Shown here piece by piece: positions 38,828 through 51,719 of a stretch of DNA of 64,000 nt (positions are counted from its first letter, which is position 1; the number at the start of each line of letters is the position of its first letter). Location: assembly GCF_006345805.1 (NCBI RefSeq), contig NC_042998.1:12586001-12650000 (forward strand), written 5' to 3'. A program made the position numbers and the translations under genes. The notes under the pieces were generated by a model. The model was not told the origin of the DNA and ran no database searches. It worked only from the letters and a program-made list of their open reading frames with translations. This DNA is from Octopus sinensis. Lineage: Eukaryota.

Positions 38828-39060
38828 TCCGTCGTATATGGAGCAGAAGCCACAGCAACGCTTTATGATAATCAAACCGAAAATAAAAATTACATCGGCT
38901 TATACGAAACTGATTTCAAAAGACGTTATACTAACCACCTAACTTCTTTCTGGTACATAGACAAACGTAAAGCCGCTAAGTTTGTTAGCCACGTATGGGT
39001 TTGAAGACAAACTGCACATACAATCAAGTGGAGAATTGAAGAGAAATCCATGCCATATAC
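38828..39060 (+). pseudogene. GIY-YIG endonuclease fragment of a PLE related to the 57-61 kb family
   Basis: VYGAEATATL...KNYIGLYETDFKRRYTNHLTSF...IKWRIEEKSMPY parallels IIYEATV...KYVGLTEGNFKARFNNHTLSF...IQWKILARCKPY. Confidence 0.75.
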
Positions 39061-39271
39061 TCTTTTACTCTATTAGTTGTTTCATTCATTTGACTGTGGC
39101 CATGTTGGAGCACCACCTTTTAGTCAAGCAAATCGACGCCAGGACTTATTCTTTGTAAGCCTAGTACTTATTCTATCGGTCTCTTTTGCTGAACCACTAA
39201 GTTACGGGGACGTAAGCACACCAGCATCGGAGTCAAGCGATGTTGAATGGGGGACAAACACAGACACGCAA

Positions 39272-39334
<63 letters not shown>

Positions 39335-39502
39335 CATATTTACGACGGGCCTCTTTCAGTTTCCGTCTGCCAAATCCACTCACAAGGATTTGGTCGGCCC
39401 GAGGCTATAGTGGAAGACATTTGCCCAAGGTGCCACGCAGTGGGACTGAACCCAGAACCATGTGGTTCGTAAGCAAGCTACTTACCACACAGCCACTCCT
39501 AC
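39061..39502 (-). mobile_element. Full-length family-A SINE
   Basis: Homologous to 1730-2226; internal (CA)n(TA)n. Confidence 0.85.
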
Positions 39503-41039
39503 GTCTATGTTAATGGAAGCAAGCAATGCAATTTATACATACTTGAAATATCACATATCTTTGTAGATTTCGGAAATCCATTGCAGTAATGATTTCTAGA
39601 TCCTAAATTTTCTGGAAATGCTAGCATATGAACAAATTCCTTTTGGCGAACGAATTAACCTCGGAAACTTTTGGACCCTTTTCCGTACATTTTGCTTTCT
39701 ACAACTAGCTTAATAATAGCTTTACGATTTCTTTGTTTTCTGTTTCCGTTTTAATTCACCCTTCGACTCTCTGCATTTACCTTATTATAACTTTCTCCTG
39801 ATTTCTCTTGTACCAGCGTCTGTATGCAAATTAAATGGACAATGTGCTCAGAGTTTAATATTGCTTGGAGAGACAAGGCGTATTATAAAAACCTGCCTAG
39901 ATCCGCCTCTCCAAAGCAAGAAACTTAGTCGCTCGTATATTTACACAGTTTATTATATCACGTACACACACACGCACACACGCACACACGCACACACGCA
40001 CACAAGCACACAAAAACACATACTAGCTTCAGTCAAAGGTATGAAGTAGTATCTGATACACTAAGCTCAGGTAGACACACTAGATGTTTTGATGGCATAA
40101 ATAGTATTCCGATCTACCTAACAGTATTGGGCATTCCATCTTCGTAAATTATATTGCACTCACGTGTAACATTATAGCACATCATATATACACGTGCTCC
40201 AGCATATAGTAGATCATATATACGCGTGTTCCAACCTTTGACTGAAAGCAATAAAACAATAAATGAATATACAAAGTTTGCTTGGACGTATTTTTCCAGG
40301 TCCTTTGCGAATCAAGCATCGTAGTGACTAATGCCCAATCACAAGAAATAAAAACAAAATTCCAGTGTTTTCTGAATTACTCTTCATCAGCAAAGCCCTC
40401 TTTAAGATCACTGTTGAAACTCATACCAATAAAGCTGGACTTAAGACGGCGTTTCGCTTTCTTTCTCACTCATGGGCACCAGAGTTACAGAGCCTTGTCA
40501 CAATTCCTTCTGATGTAGTCGATGTCATTAAAATAATGACATTACCGTGGTCCTCTGAGGTACTGATAACACCTCAAGTTACTAACATATTTAGGAACGG
40601 AATGAACTTACTGATAATAATATTCCACTGTGGCAGCTTGTCTTATTATATATGAGTACATACTATTCACAATATATTCTATTTATTTTAGGTTTAATGT
40701 TATTCCTACCACGAATGATTATTTCCGTCTCATCTTCAAATATATATATATATAATTAGTGATAATTTGTGTGAAAAATTACTGTTATTTCTCCAAGGCG
40801 GGATTACATTCGAACAAGAATTCATTTCTCTCTGTGACTCTGTGAATTTTATTAACGAAATTTGCCACCACAATGCCACTATTGAAATTAGCTGTGTTGC
40901 TGCACCATCGTTGTTATTTATGATTTATGGATGTTTAACAACATAATAATAATAATAACCACCACCTCATTATCACTATCCTCCTTGCCGTAATAATCAA
41001 TATTATCATCCTGGACGTTGTTGATGTTCACGTCGACGT

Positions 41040-41430
41040 CATTCCCTCCTCTTCGTCCTCCTTATCCTCCTCCCCTCTTCCCCTTCCTCTTCCCCTCCTC
41101 CTCATTATCCTCTTCCTCCTCATTATCCCCTTCCTCCTCATTATCCACTCCCTCCTCTTCTCCTCCACTTCCTCCTCTTCCTCCTCTTCCTCCTCTTCCT
41201 CCTCTTCTTCCTCCTCTTCTCCTCTTCCTCCTCTTCCTCCTCTTCCTCCTCTTCTTCCTCCTCTTCTCCTCCTCTTCCTCCTTCTCCTCTACTTCCTCCT
41301 CCTCCTCCTCCTCACCTACACTTCCTCTTTTTCTTACCCTCCTCCCCCTCCTCATCCCCATCATCATCAGTAACATTTACCTCTTTATCATCTTCATCAA
41401 TGACATTCATCTCTTTGTCATCATCGTCTT
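41040..41430. repeat. (TCC/TCT)n polypyrimidine low-complexity tract
   Basis: Directly visible. Confidence 0.9.
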
Positions 41431-42099
41431 CATTTTTTTTGCATTATCTTTATACTTTTCCGACCTCAGATTAAAGTTCTGTATATTACTCACCCTCCAT
41501 TGAGTTAATGATCTGCCTGCATTAATGTCTTCTAGTCAAATAGAAGTTGCCTTTTACATCACATTTTATATATGTAGGATTGTTTCAATATTTTTCCTAC
41601 TATTTTTGTAAAACTTTTATTTTCGGTGAATACTTGCCACTTCGTTACACTACCCTATTCTGTTTCACGATGTGGAAATACTCATATTTCTTTCCGGGTT
41701 GCAATAGATACTCACTCAGTTCTAAATGCGAATACATTTTGTCTATGCAGGAATAATATGGAGCATTTCGTCTTTATAATTTTACACTTGTTTGATTAAT
41801 ATAGAATTAAGTTTTTGTGCTATTTCCTTCAACACTGAAGTTTTACTGCAAAAGTCAGTAATTGTCGAACTATCGCTTAATTTTTAAATTGTTTCACTTC
41901 TTGATGCAACGATGGTGAAATGATATCGTATTTTTATGTTTTCCCTATGCGCTATATTTCTGTATTTAAATTGTTTTAGCTTTAAAGTTTCCTGTTCTTT
42001 GATTCTGACTTAAATGTATGTTCCAGTAGAATTATCTGTTGTGTAGTTTGACACTTTGATTTCCTTTCTACATGGATATTGTTTCTTGCCTTCTTTTTA

Positions 42100-43700
42100 T
42101 GTTGTCCGAATATAGTAGTTAGTTCTCCCTTGTTTGCATATAATTATTTATCTAGATGAACTATCATGACTCTGACGCCACTTTATTGAGAAAAAAATTG
42201 ATCGTGCTCTAGATATGACATCTATATCGATTTTCAGGTTAATAATCTTGGAGTACATGTGGCAGTCATCTGGAATTGGGGCCTGATTACTTCAAGCAAG
42301 GAAATCGCCAATTTATTGAGTTAAAGGTTCAGTTTACAACGAGCGAGATTGTCCAGTTTATTTTCCGCTAACCTGTTATCTTATACAGTGCTCATTTAAT
42401 CATATTTAAGACGCTATCTGGCCGAATGTGTAATTTACTGGAGAAAGTATATCATGGTGCTTGGTTATAGTATGTAAAATTCTGAATTGAAATTCTCCAG
42501 GGTTCAAATACATTCTCTATCACTCTGGTGTTGAGAACTTCAAGGGACAGTCAAATACTGGGGTCTTAAGTGTATATATATTTCTTTATTGCCCACAAGG
42601 GGCTAAACATAGAGGGGACAAACAAGGACAGATAAAGGTACTAAGTCGATTACATCGACACCAGTGCGAAACTGGTACTTTTTTTATCGACCCCGAAAGG
42701 ATGAAAGGCAAAGTCGACCTCGGCGGAATTTGAACTCAGAACGTAACGGCAGACGAAATATGGCTACGCGTTTCGCCCGGCGTGCTAACGTTTCTGCCAG
42801 CTCGCCGCCTTTGGGGTCTTAAGGGTATATAGCCATCCTATAATGTGAAACCAGATGTCAAAGGTAATATATCATTCTTAAACAGCTGCATTACAAATGT
42901 ATCCCTTAATTTCTGTACTTTTCATCTTATGTGTTTCCTTTATATCTAATTACTAAAATTGGTGAAGTTGCCATAATACTTTGCTTTAAGTTACGTATTT
43001 AACTAAATACATTGATTTTTCAGCCATCGTTTCTGACAGAAACTTTGGTATATATTTTATTATCAACATTTCTCATTTTATATCACCTCAGAGTTCATGT
43101 GTAATTTCCAGTTAGGTCTCGTCCTTTGTGCTTTGTTTTCAGTTTAAATAGAGCGCATAAAGTAGATAGTATATAGACACTACATATAATGTATAGCCAT
43201 GTAGTTTAATTCACTTAACACGTCGAATGCATAAGAGAATAACAAAAAGATTTTGAGGATGTTGAATCTCCATAAAAAATGGTTTTCCATTTTGAAACGT
43301 GTTCTTTTTATTGTTTTTATCATGCGATGCAATTGAAGTTTTACCAATTTGATATACCCCAGTAAATACACTGTCGTAATTTTATGGCTGCTTTGTTTTA
43401 ATAAATCATCTATATTGTCTAGAGGTGCGGTATTCTGTCAAAATCCTTTCCAATAATCAATCGATACCGTGTTTAGTTCCATCTTTATTGTTAGAAAAAC
43501 TTTTCGGTTCAACAATAACATTTACTTACAATCAAACATCAATTTCAGGTACCTTTCAAGTTCTTATAGTAAGAGGTCATAATTTTCCAGATCAGCAGGC
43601 AGCCTGTTTGTAAATATATATTTGTATATGTTTGCAACACATGCCTATGGTTTGTTAATAGACGCTTTTGTTTCGAGTAATTTATATAGTAACATTGCTT
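42100..43700 (-). pseudogene. Possible decayed NACHT/STAND-type P-loop NTPase
   Basis: Stop-ridden frame ...PLDNIDDLLKQSSHKITTVYL / TGVYQIGKTSIA ... LFVILLCIRRV resembles a NACHT Walker A context; Walker B not clearly seen. Confidence 0.3.
42571..42811 (-). mobile_element. Full-length family-B SINE with 12-bp TSD
   Basis: TGGGGTCTTAAG at both 42559-42570 and 42812-42823. Confidence 0.9.
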
Positions 43701-46336
43701 TCTCCTGTATTTAACAAACTAGTGTTGATTCTTTTCATTGTAGTAATTCTTTAAATTATGTTGCCTCTGCTTCCTGTGAAATTCACCGTACATAATTGTC
43801 GCAACAATTGGGGATTTATCAATTCCGGTGCCTTTCAAATGCTAATTGGCTTCATTGATAAATGTCCTATTAGCCACGTTGGAACGGTGAACGGAAATAA
43901 AATTACAGGAAAAGAAAAAGATACAAAAAAATTGTCAGAATTCTAACTCGAAAAAATGTTACAAAAACGTCAGCTTTCATTTAAATACCATAAATACTAG
44001 TTAAAGGAGGGGAAGAAATAAGCTTCAAACCGTTCATTAACTGACAATATTTGACGTGCAAACAATTATAACATTTATACAATGCCATTACACATCTTTG
44101 GAAAAGCAATAATACCAAGCCTTAAATAAAAAAAACACATAGAAATACAAAGAAAAACACTGAAGCAATTATTAAAACTTCACAGTGACTATGTTTTCTT
44201 TTGGGATTTTGAACCATTCAAGAAGTTCATAGTATATTCCCCACTGTTTTGAATTCTATATATCTCTATTACTCTTTACGTTTCCGGCTATCTGTTTAGA
44301 ATATATGGTTGTATTTATATTATTGTTATTGAGTCTTCACGTGTAGCTTTTGTTGACTGTTGAAGCGTTTTATTTTAGTCAATGGTATTTCTTCTTAGTC
44401 GAAGCAGTGATCACATTCTTGAAAACGTTTGAACACGCATCCGTTTGATTTTTCCATTTCATCTGAGATTTTCCATTAAATATATCTCAAGTGACCTATT
44501 ATCTTAATATATAATCTATTGTGTTCCTTCGTTCAATATGAGTTTTCTTAGTTCTCTTATTAAATATACACAAGTATGACTTTTGTGTATTTTCTTAATT
44601 TGCTGATTTTGGTCCCATTTGAAACAAACCCACTTATACTGCTTAATGTTATAGCCATCGTCTAAATTACTTCATTAATTAATTAATGAATATTTGTATT
44701 TATTTAGGCAATAACATTTTCCCTGAGGGCTGAGGTGTTTTCGTTTCTCTAATTCATTGATTTATAACTGAGTTCTTCCTAATTCTTGTATTGTTTCTGT
44801 CAGATTTTCTTCCTGAAAAGTGTGGTTACTCAGTGTTGGCATATCTTCGCATTTTCAGAAACCTTATGACCTAGAACTGACGGTATATTTTTAATAAAAT
44901 AAATGTGTGAACTCCACCATCATTTCAATTTTACTTTGGTGTTCAAGTACGTACCAATATTTTTTGCAGCTTGTACATCTCGTGTACGTTTACGGAAATT
45001 ATGATATTCTCCTTGTTGTATACATGAGTATATAAATTGTAACATTTTAAATATATATTTGTATGTATCAGGACAATGTTCTTCCGTTCTGTGCCTCTTG
45101 AGAAGCTTCTTTCCGTATCTCTATCAATGAATAATATTTCCGTTAATATCCAGATAAATTGTCAGTTTGAATTCACTCATCGATTTGAAGGAGATTATTT
45201 CTTAAGGTATTTGATGAAAATGCGTAAGCAATATCCGTTATGTTCTCTGTCGATAGGAAATGCATCTTCTAGAGTGTAATGACAGGATCATGAACTGAAA
45301 CAGGCATTGTGTTGGTGATTGTAAGAACTATGTTCCTCGCGTATTTCATGATACTGAAAGCGATTCTGATATTCTATGATTTTAACTTAGGCAGATGTGT
45401 ATATGTGTTTTGTTTAAGATTAATGTTTTGGGAATAAGATTTAAATTAAATCATCGATATATTCCTTTTGGATTTACATCAACTAGAAGTTCACTAGCTA
45501 TTATAATGAATACAATTGTTGCAACAAAAACGTATGCAGTGAGAATATATTTTCACATCTTTCAGTTTTGACCTTTGACGTATTCATTTTTGAAACGATT
45601 CGAAAGCTGGCTTCCAATAATAAAATAAAGGCAGAAAACATGATGAAAAAATTAATTCTTTAATAGCAGATCTCTAGATTGTTTACTGCTTTTAAAAATA
45701 CACACACATATACGCCCTCAGAGAAAGAGAAGGAAAGACAGAGAAAGATGAAAAAAGAGAGTGAAATTAATGCGCACGTAAATACACTGGTAAAAAGATA
45801 TACTCATATATGTATAGCTGACCGGTCCTAAATTCTCTGCGACTCACTGACGCATGTCTTGATATTTCTGTCATTGAGAATGGCCCTCTAAGCATTATCT
45901 TCCATTCGTGTCTTGTTAGCTCTGTGGCTATATTTTGTTCGTTTCTTATTCATTTAGTTTTGTCTATCGTCCATCGTTTTATATTACATATTTTCCCCTT
46001 TCATATGTGCACTCCTGTATCGCTGGTTATCTATGTATTGTTTGATATCGGCCCTATACTCTCCACCACTTTTGTAGGCACGGCCAGCATGGGAAGCCTT
46101 CAGTCTTATCATTACTACCATTCGGTTGATAACTGATGAAGAATTAGGGACCTACTGTGTCTATCTTCTATCCACTTGTGCACGCAATATGCGTTATACG
46201 TTTTTAATACGTTTGTGTATTTACAATACATTTGTCATCTATTATATATATGCACCTAAATGTATGTATATATATATGCACATATACATACGTATAAGTA
46301 CATACATCTATACGTATATATTTATACATACATCTG

Positions 46337-46978
46337 TGGGCACATGACGTCATAAAATGTGTACAAAAAAAAGTACGAAGCATGAGTACATGGGACATGA
46401 ATTATTCTTTCGAACACCGAAAGACACAGATGGAAAACAAAATAAACAACATAAAGAACGACCCTTCATCATTTGTTGGATGTTTTTCTAGTCCCGTATT
46501 TCGATAAAATAATATACGCATTCGATAAAACTGTTTCCCCCACAAAGCCAGTTAAATAAAATTTGGGATTTTGCGGAATGTCAAAATAGGTAAGAGAAAC
46601 AGGACCGTGAAAACAAACAAGCAGGGCTGCTAAGCCTAAACTAGGTTGTGGTGGGGAACACGTAAATCAAGCTAGGACAGGAGACCTACAAGAACACATC
46701 TTCCTTGTTCCAGCTACAACGGAGAGAAAGAAGAAAAGATGACTCTCACGGGGAAAGCACTTGAGCAAGGGAGAGAGAGTGACAGTGTAATAGGATAGAA
46801 TAGTGGGAAAAGGTGAGGTAAAAGAATAAGAGAGAGAAAAGAGAGAAAAACGAAAGATTAAAAGTACGTATTGAGTGCGCATAACAATTATTATGATAAA
46901 ACTTACTTACAAATCATATAATATTATACATAAAATATTTCTGTTGTACACGTTTCATGACGGACGTCATGTGACCAA
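46337..46978. mobile_element. Non-autonomous element with about 35-bp terminal inverted repeats (MITE-like); related copies at 47280-47898 (inverted), 47965-48165 and 48286-48325
   Basis: Left CACATGACGTCATAAAATGTGTAC versus right reverse complement CACATGACGT(CCGT)CATGAAACGTGTAC; body is a diverged reverse complement of 47280-47898. Confidence 0.7.
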
Positions 46979-47095
46979 ATATATATATATATATATAGTT
47001 AATCCAAACAAGAAAACACAAAACAACACAACCACGAGAGGACGTGGAACAAATATAGTATTATTGGACGCTCAGGAAAGAAGGGAAGAAGGACG

Positions 47096-47130
47096 GCTTA
47101 AAATTTCGAGCGGAGCTCTTCGTCGGAAAC
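47096..47130 (-). ncRNA. Degenerate minimal hammerhead-like motif in a short element of about 200 nt (46997-47195)
   Basis: GTTT-CCGACGA-A-GAGC TCC GCTC-GAAA-TTTT-AAGC; stem III is broken. Confidence 0.5.
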
Positions 47131-47194
47131 ATAGGAGAAGGAAAGACCGAGAAGGGAAGACAGAGGAAAAAATCGCCAACGGACACACGAGGTC

Positions 47195-47231
<37 letters not shown>

Positions 47232-47897
47232 ATATATATATAATGTACGTATGAACAGATACGTATGTATATATGCATATATTATTTAAATTATTTTATG
47301 ATTGAACGTATCCTCTTACAAGTATGATTTATCTTAATAATTCTGATGCACACTGAATACGATCTTTTTATTCTTTCGTTTTTCTATCTTTTCTCTCTCT
47401 TATTCTTTTACCTCATCTCCCACTATTCTATCCTATTACTCTGTCACTCTCTCTCCCTCACTCATCTTCCCTTGCTCACGTGGCTCCCACTCGACCATTG
47501 GCATCTTTCTTTCCCTCTCTCCGTTGTAGCTGGAACAAGGAAGATGTATTCTTGTTTGTCTCCTGTCCTAACTGTCACCCACAAACTCGTTTAGGCTTAG
47601 CAGCCCTTCCTGTTTGTTTTCACTGTCCTGTTTGTGTTACCTATTTTGCCCCACTACAAACTTCCTAATTTTATTTAAATTGCTTTGCAGGAGCAACTGT
47701 TTTATCGAAAGCGTATATTGTTGTGAAATGCTCGAAATACGAGACAAAAAACAGTCAACAACATATAAATAGGATGTTCTTTATGTTGTTTGTTTTGTTT
47801 TCCATTTGTGTCTTTCATTGTTCGAAAGAATAATTCTTGTTCCATGTACTCGTGCTTCATACATTTCTGTTGTACACGTTTCATGACGTCATAAGCC

Positions 47898-47964
<67 letters not shown>

Positions 47965-48163
47965 ATGATTGAAAGCCACGCATCCTCTTTCAAGTAAGTT
48001 TTATCTCAATAATTATGATGCGCACGCTATGCGATCTTTTCATTCTATCGTTTTTCTCTCTTATTCGTTTACCTCCTCTTCTCCCAATATTCTATCCTCT
48101 TACTCAGTCACTCTCTCCCCCTCACTCTTCCTCCTTTGTTCACGTGGATCCCACGTGCCCACG

Positions 48164-48205
<42 letters not shown>

Positions 48206-48323
48206 CGTATAGATGTAAGTATATATACGTATGAATATATGCATATATATATATATATACATGTATATGTATATATATATATATATATGATTGAATGCTA
48301 CGCATCGTCTTCCAAGTAAGTTT

Positions 48324-48380
<57 letters not shown>

Positions 48381-48426
48381 CTAGCCACTGCACATTTATT
48401 TTCTCTCCTTGTTTCTTTCTGTGTTC

Positions 48427-48462
48427 CTTTCTGTGGAAAAGCGTAAGCTCGAAACGTTAAAG
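48427..48462 (+). ncRNA. Minimal hammerhead-like motif (A6U-type core) in a short element (48378-48557)
   Basis: CTTT-CTGTGGA-A-AAGC GTAA GCTC-GAAACGTT-AAAG; palindromic AACGTT; element lies between (TA)n arrays. Confidence 0.55.
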
Positions 48463-48551
48463 AGTAAATCACTTCCCGAGCTTTATACTGAAACATCTGT
48501 TTGTTGACTACATCACCTGTCTTCGTCTTTTGTTTTTTTTTCGTGAATTCT

Positions 48552-48652
<101 letters not shown>

Positions 48653-49162
48653 TTCTTCACTCGTTTATAACAATTATTTTTTTAAAATTTTTATTTTGAT
48701 GCGAATTCATTGTCTGAAGTCTTTCCGACAATGGTCAGGTGTCAAAATAATGAAAATAATAATATAAAATAACAGTAATAAACGAATGGATAAAAAATGT
48801 TTGTAGTGCGTGTGTTCATTTGGCAAAGAAAGAGATAATAGATAAAATGAGAGAGAGAGAGATAGACAGAAAGAGAAAGAGAAAGAGAGAGAGAGAGAAA
48901 GAGAGATAAAGATAATTATATATACACCTGTGTTCAAGTGTGTATATATTCGTGTGTACAAAATAAACTGGACTGCGTCGGTTACGACCACACCTCTTCC
49001 GGTTGAGCCGATCAAAGGAACATCCTTTTGGAGAAATGAAGCAATTTGTTCGTGGTGTCGGAAATCAAACTTACGACCTTACTATCGTGAGACGAAGAGC
49101 CTAAACGCTTTTGTTCACGCATTCACATAAACATAATCTAAGCATACATGTTAAACCCTTAG

Positions 49163-49201
<39 letters not shown>

Positions 49202-51358
49202 ACTACCTCCGACCTTAAAAAAAAGTAATAATAAGATGACGTATCTTACATTTTTCACACTTTGTATTGAAATTGGTTAACACTGGCTAAGGCGTTTGAT
49301 TCTTACAGGGTGACATGTAAAACGATATTTCAATGTCGGTCGAGGCTATCTCGAATTTCGGAAGACAAAATAACAACAGAATAGAAATGATGGAACGATA
49401 ATCTAAAATACATGCATCATGTTTTGCGTTAATTTCAGCCACGTGATCAAAGCTGCAGGAAGTAATTACTTTATTTTGCAGATATTGCAGCTACAGTTGA
49501 TGCAGCGAATGCAATAGCAGTTGCAGTAATGCTGTTTACACAATTAGAAGCAACAACTGCATTATGCAATATTTGTGTCACCGTCCTTCTAATATTGCAG
49601 CGTGATGAGAATGAGTGATTGTAAATGCAGTACCAGTTGCACTATCCATGTTACCTGCAGTAATATCAACTGAATCGTAATCAGCTCTGCTGCTGCTGCT
49701 GCTGCAAAAGCGGCTGCATCAACCACAGGAATGCAACAGTACGGGTTTGACTGTAATAGAAGCAGTAACAGTCCCCGCACTGTTAGATGTCACGTCAGAA
49801 ACTAGGAGAGCGACGGCAGCATTAGTATTAGTAGCAGAAACCGAAAGATACAGTGAATTATGGCATCGAGTCGACACGAACACCATAAAATATTTGGTAC
49901 CGATTCTCTGGTGGGTGGGAGATGATCATGGAATAGCTCTACGTAGGTATGAAGAAATAAATAACGTAAAGAACTAAGACGATATATCAATTCTTTTTGA
50001 AATGCAATCGTCGTTTCATCCTCCATCAAAACGAAAACGTCTCTCAGCAATTCTAACACGCACATTTTTAATACGGCATCGATTTCCAATCTAGAAAAAA
50101 AAGAGTGCTACTACGTAAAATTAAGACGGGGAATCTCTATGTCAGTTAAAATCCATTTACAATTTGGACGGTCGTGGTATACGTAGATGTCAAAATATAC
50201 TTTCAGACTTCAGCTACGTTGCGTGACAAGCTGATATGCGTGCAAGCGGATTGTGATGGTCTCTGATATGTTGATATAAGATTAAATTAGAAACTCAGAG
50301 TTTGCTAGCATCAGCATCTTATAAGACGAGGGTATATTCTTTTCCCTAAATGCACAAAATATGAGCGCTCTAGACGAGGCTGCTTGTAATAGCAGAATCT
50401 CCTATGTTGCAAAGCCTCAATCAACAAGAAATATGAATAAATTATACAACAAACATTACAAAAATAACAAAGTCTAATAGTAAACGAATGCAACGAAACG
50501 CAAACTCTTGAACAAAAATATCTGCAATCACAGCAGAATGCACATCAGAAATTTATTAAAAAAAATCTAAATATAAATAGATATTGAACATTCTTGCCGA
50601 TTATAAGATAGTTGACTAGATAACCTATATCAGATTACGTGTACACGGTGATTGGAAAATGAACCGTAGAACAAACTCTGGCTACAATACAAATGACAGG
50701 AAATGATGTCGAATATTTTAGTGTTCATTGGATAGGCGCATTTGACTTCTGAAAAATGTCAGTTAATGGAGTAGTAAACAACTATGAAAGATTTTGGATG
50801 TAGATATGTTATTTTGATAATATTTTAGGGCAATTTATAGGCAAGAATAAGTATACTTTGAAAAATTACGTCTTATATGTAAAAAATATCACTTCAGCTG
50901 GAACAAGCTATGTATATATACATTATAACGTCGATAATGTTGTGTCCAAGATAAGATAAAATACGGTAATAAATAATTTGAAATATTTCACCGAAATATG
51001 TGCTCGATATTCAACTCAATCACTGCCGAAGATTCTTCTATAAATAAAGTTTTGCAAAAGTGTGTCGTAGTATTTCGTTTTACATCACGTATATGATGAA
51101 AAGCTGAATGGTTAAAGAGGATGGCATGTATTCAAGATGTCTAACCGATCAAAAATCCATACAAACGTTCATAATGATTAATTATGTAGAGATAGTGAGT
51201 AGGAATAAACAATTAAACACAGCTGTTAAAACTCTTGATGCTTCTTGCGGAGATTTTTTAGCACTTTGGATTATATTATGTGCAACAATATACAGTCACA
51301 TAACAACACCACACACCAACATAAATATATATATATATATATGGAATAATATATATAT

Positions 51359-51389
<31 letters not shown>

Positions 51390-51457
51390 GCATATATATG
51401 CATATTATATATTGCATATATATATATGCATATATATATATATGCATATATATATAT

Positions 51458-51492
<35 letters not shown>

Positions 51493-51602
51493 TATATATA
51501 TATACATACATATATACATATATACATCTATGAATATTTTCATTGTCCTGTCGAACTCTTGAAATAATCTTCCACATTTTGCATATTGGTTCTATTAATT
51601 AT

Positions 51603-51636
<34 letters not shown>

Positions 51637-51719
51637 ATATATATAAATCCTTAAATCCTTAAAAATGTTTTAGCCCGAAGGCCGCGGCCATGCTGGGGCA
51701 CCACGCTGAATGAGCTACA

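Noticed and set aside
49480-49960. GCA-rich poly-Ala/Gln exon
   Set aside because: Degenerate trinucleotide low-complexity sequence with stops in all frames.
51670-51715. HDV-like ribozyme (GC-rich GGCCGCGGCCATG)
   Set aside because: The nested pseudoknot pairings are absent; it is better explained as the LINE 3' recognition stem-loop on the opposite strand.
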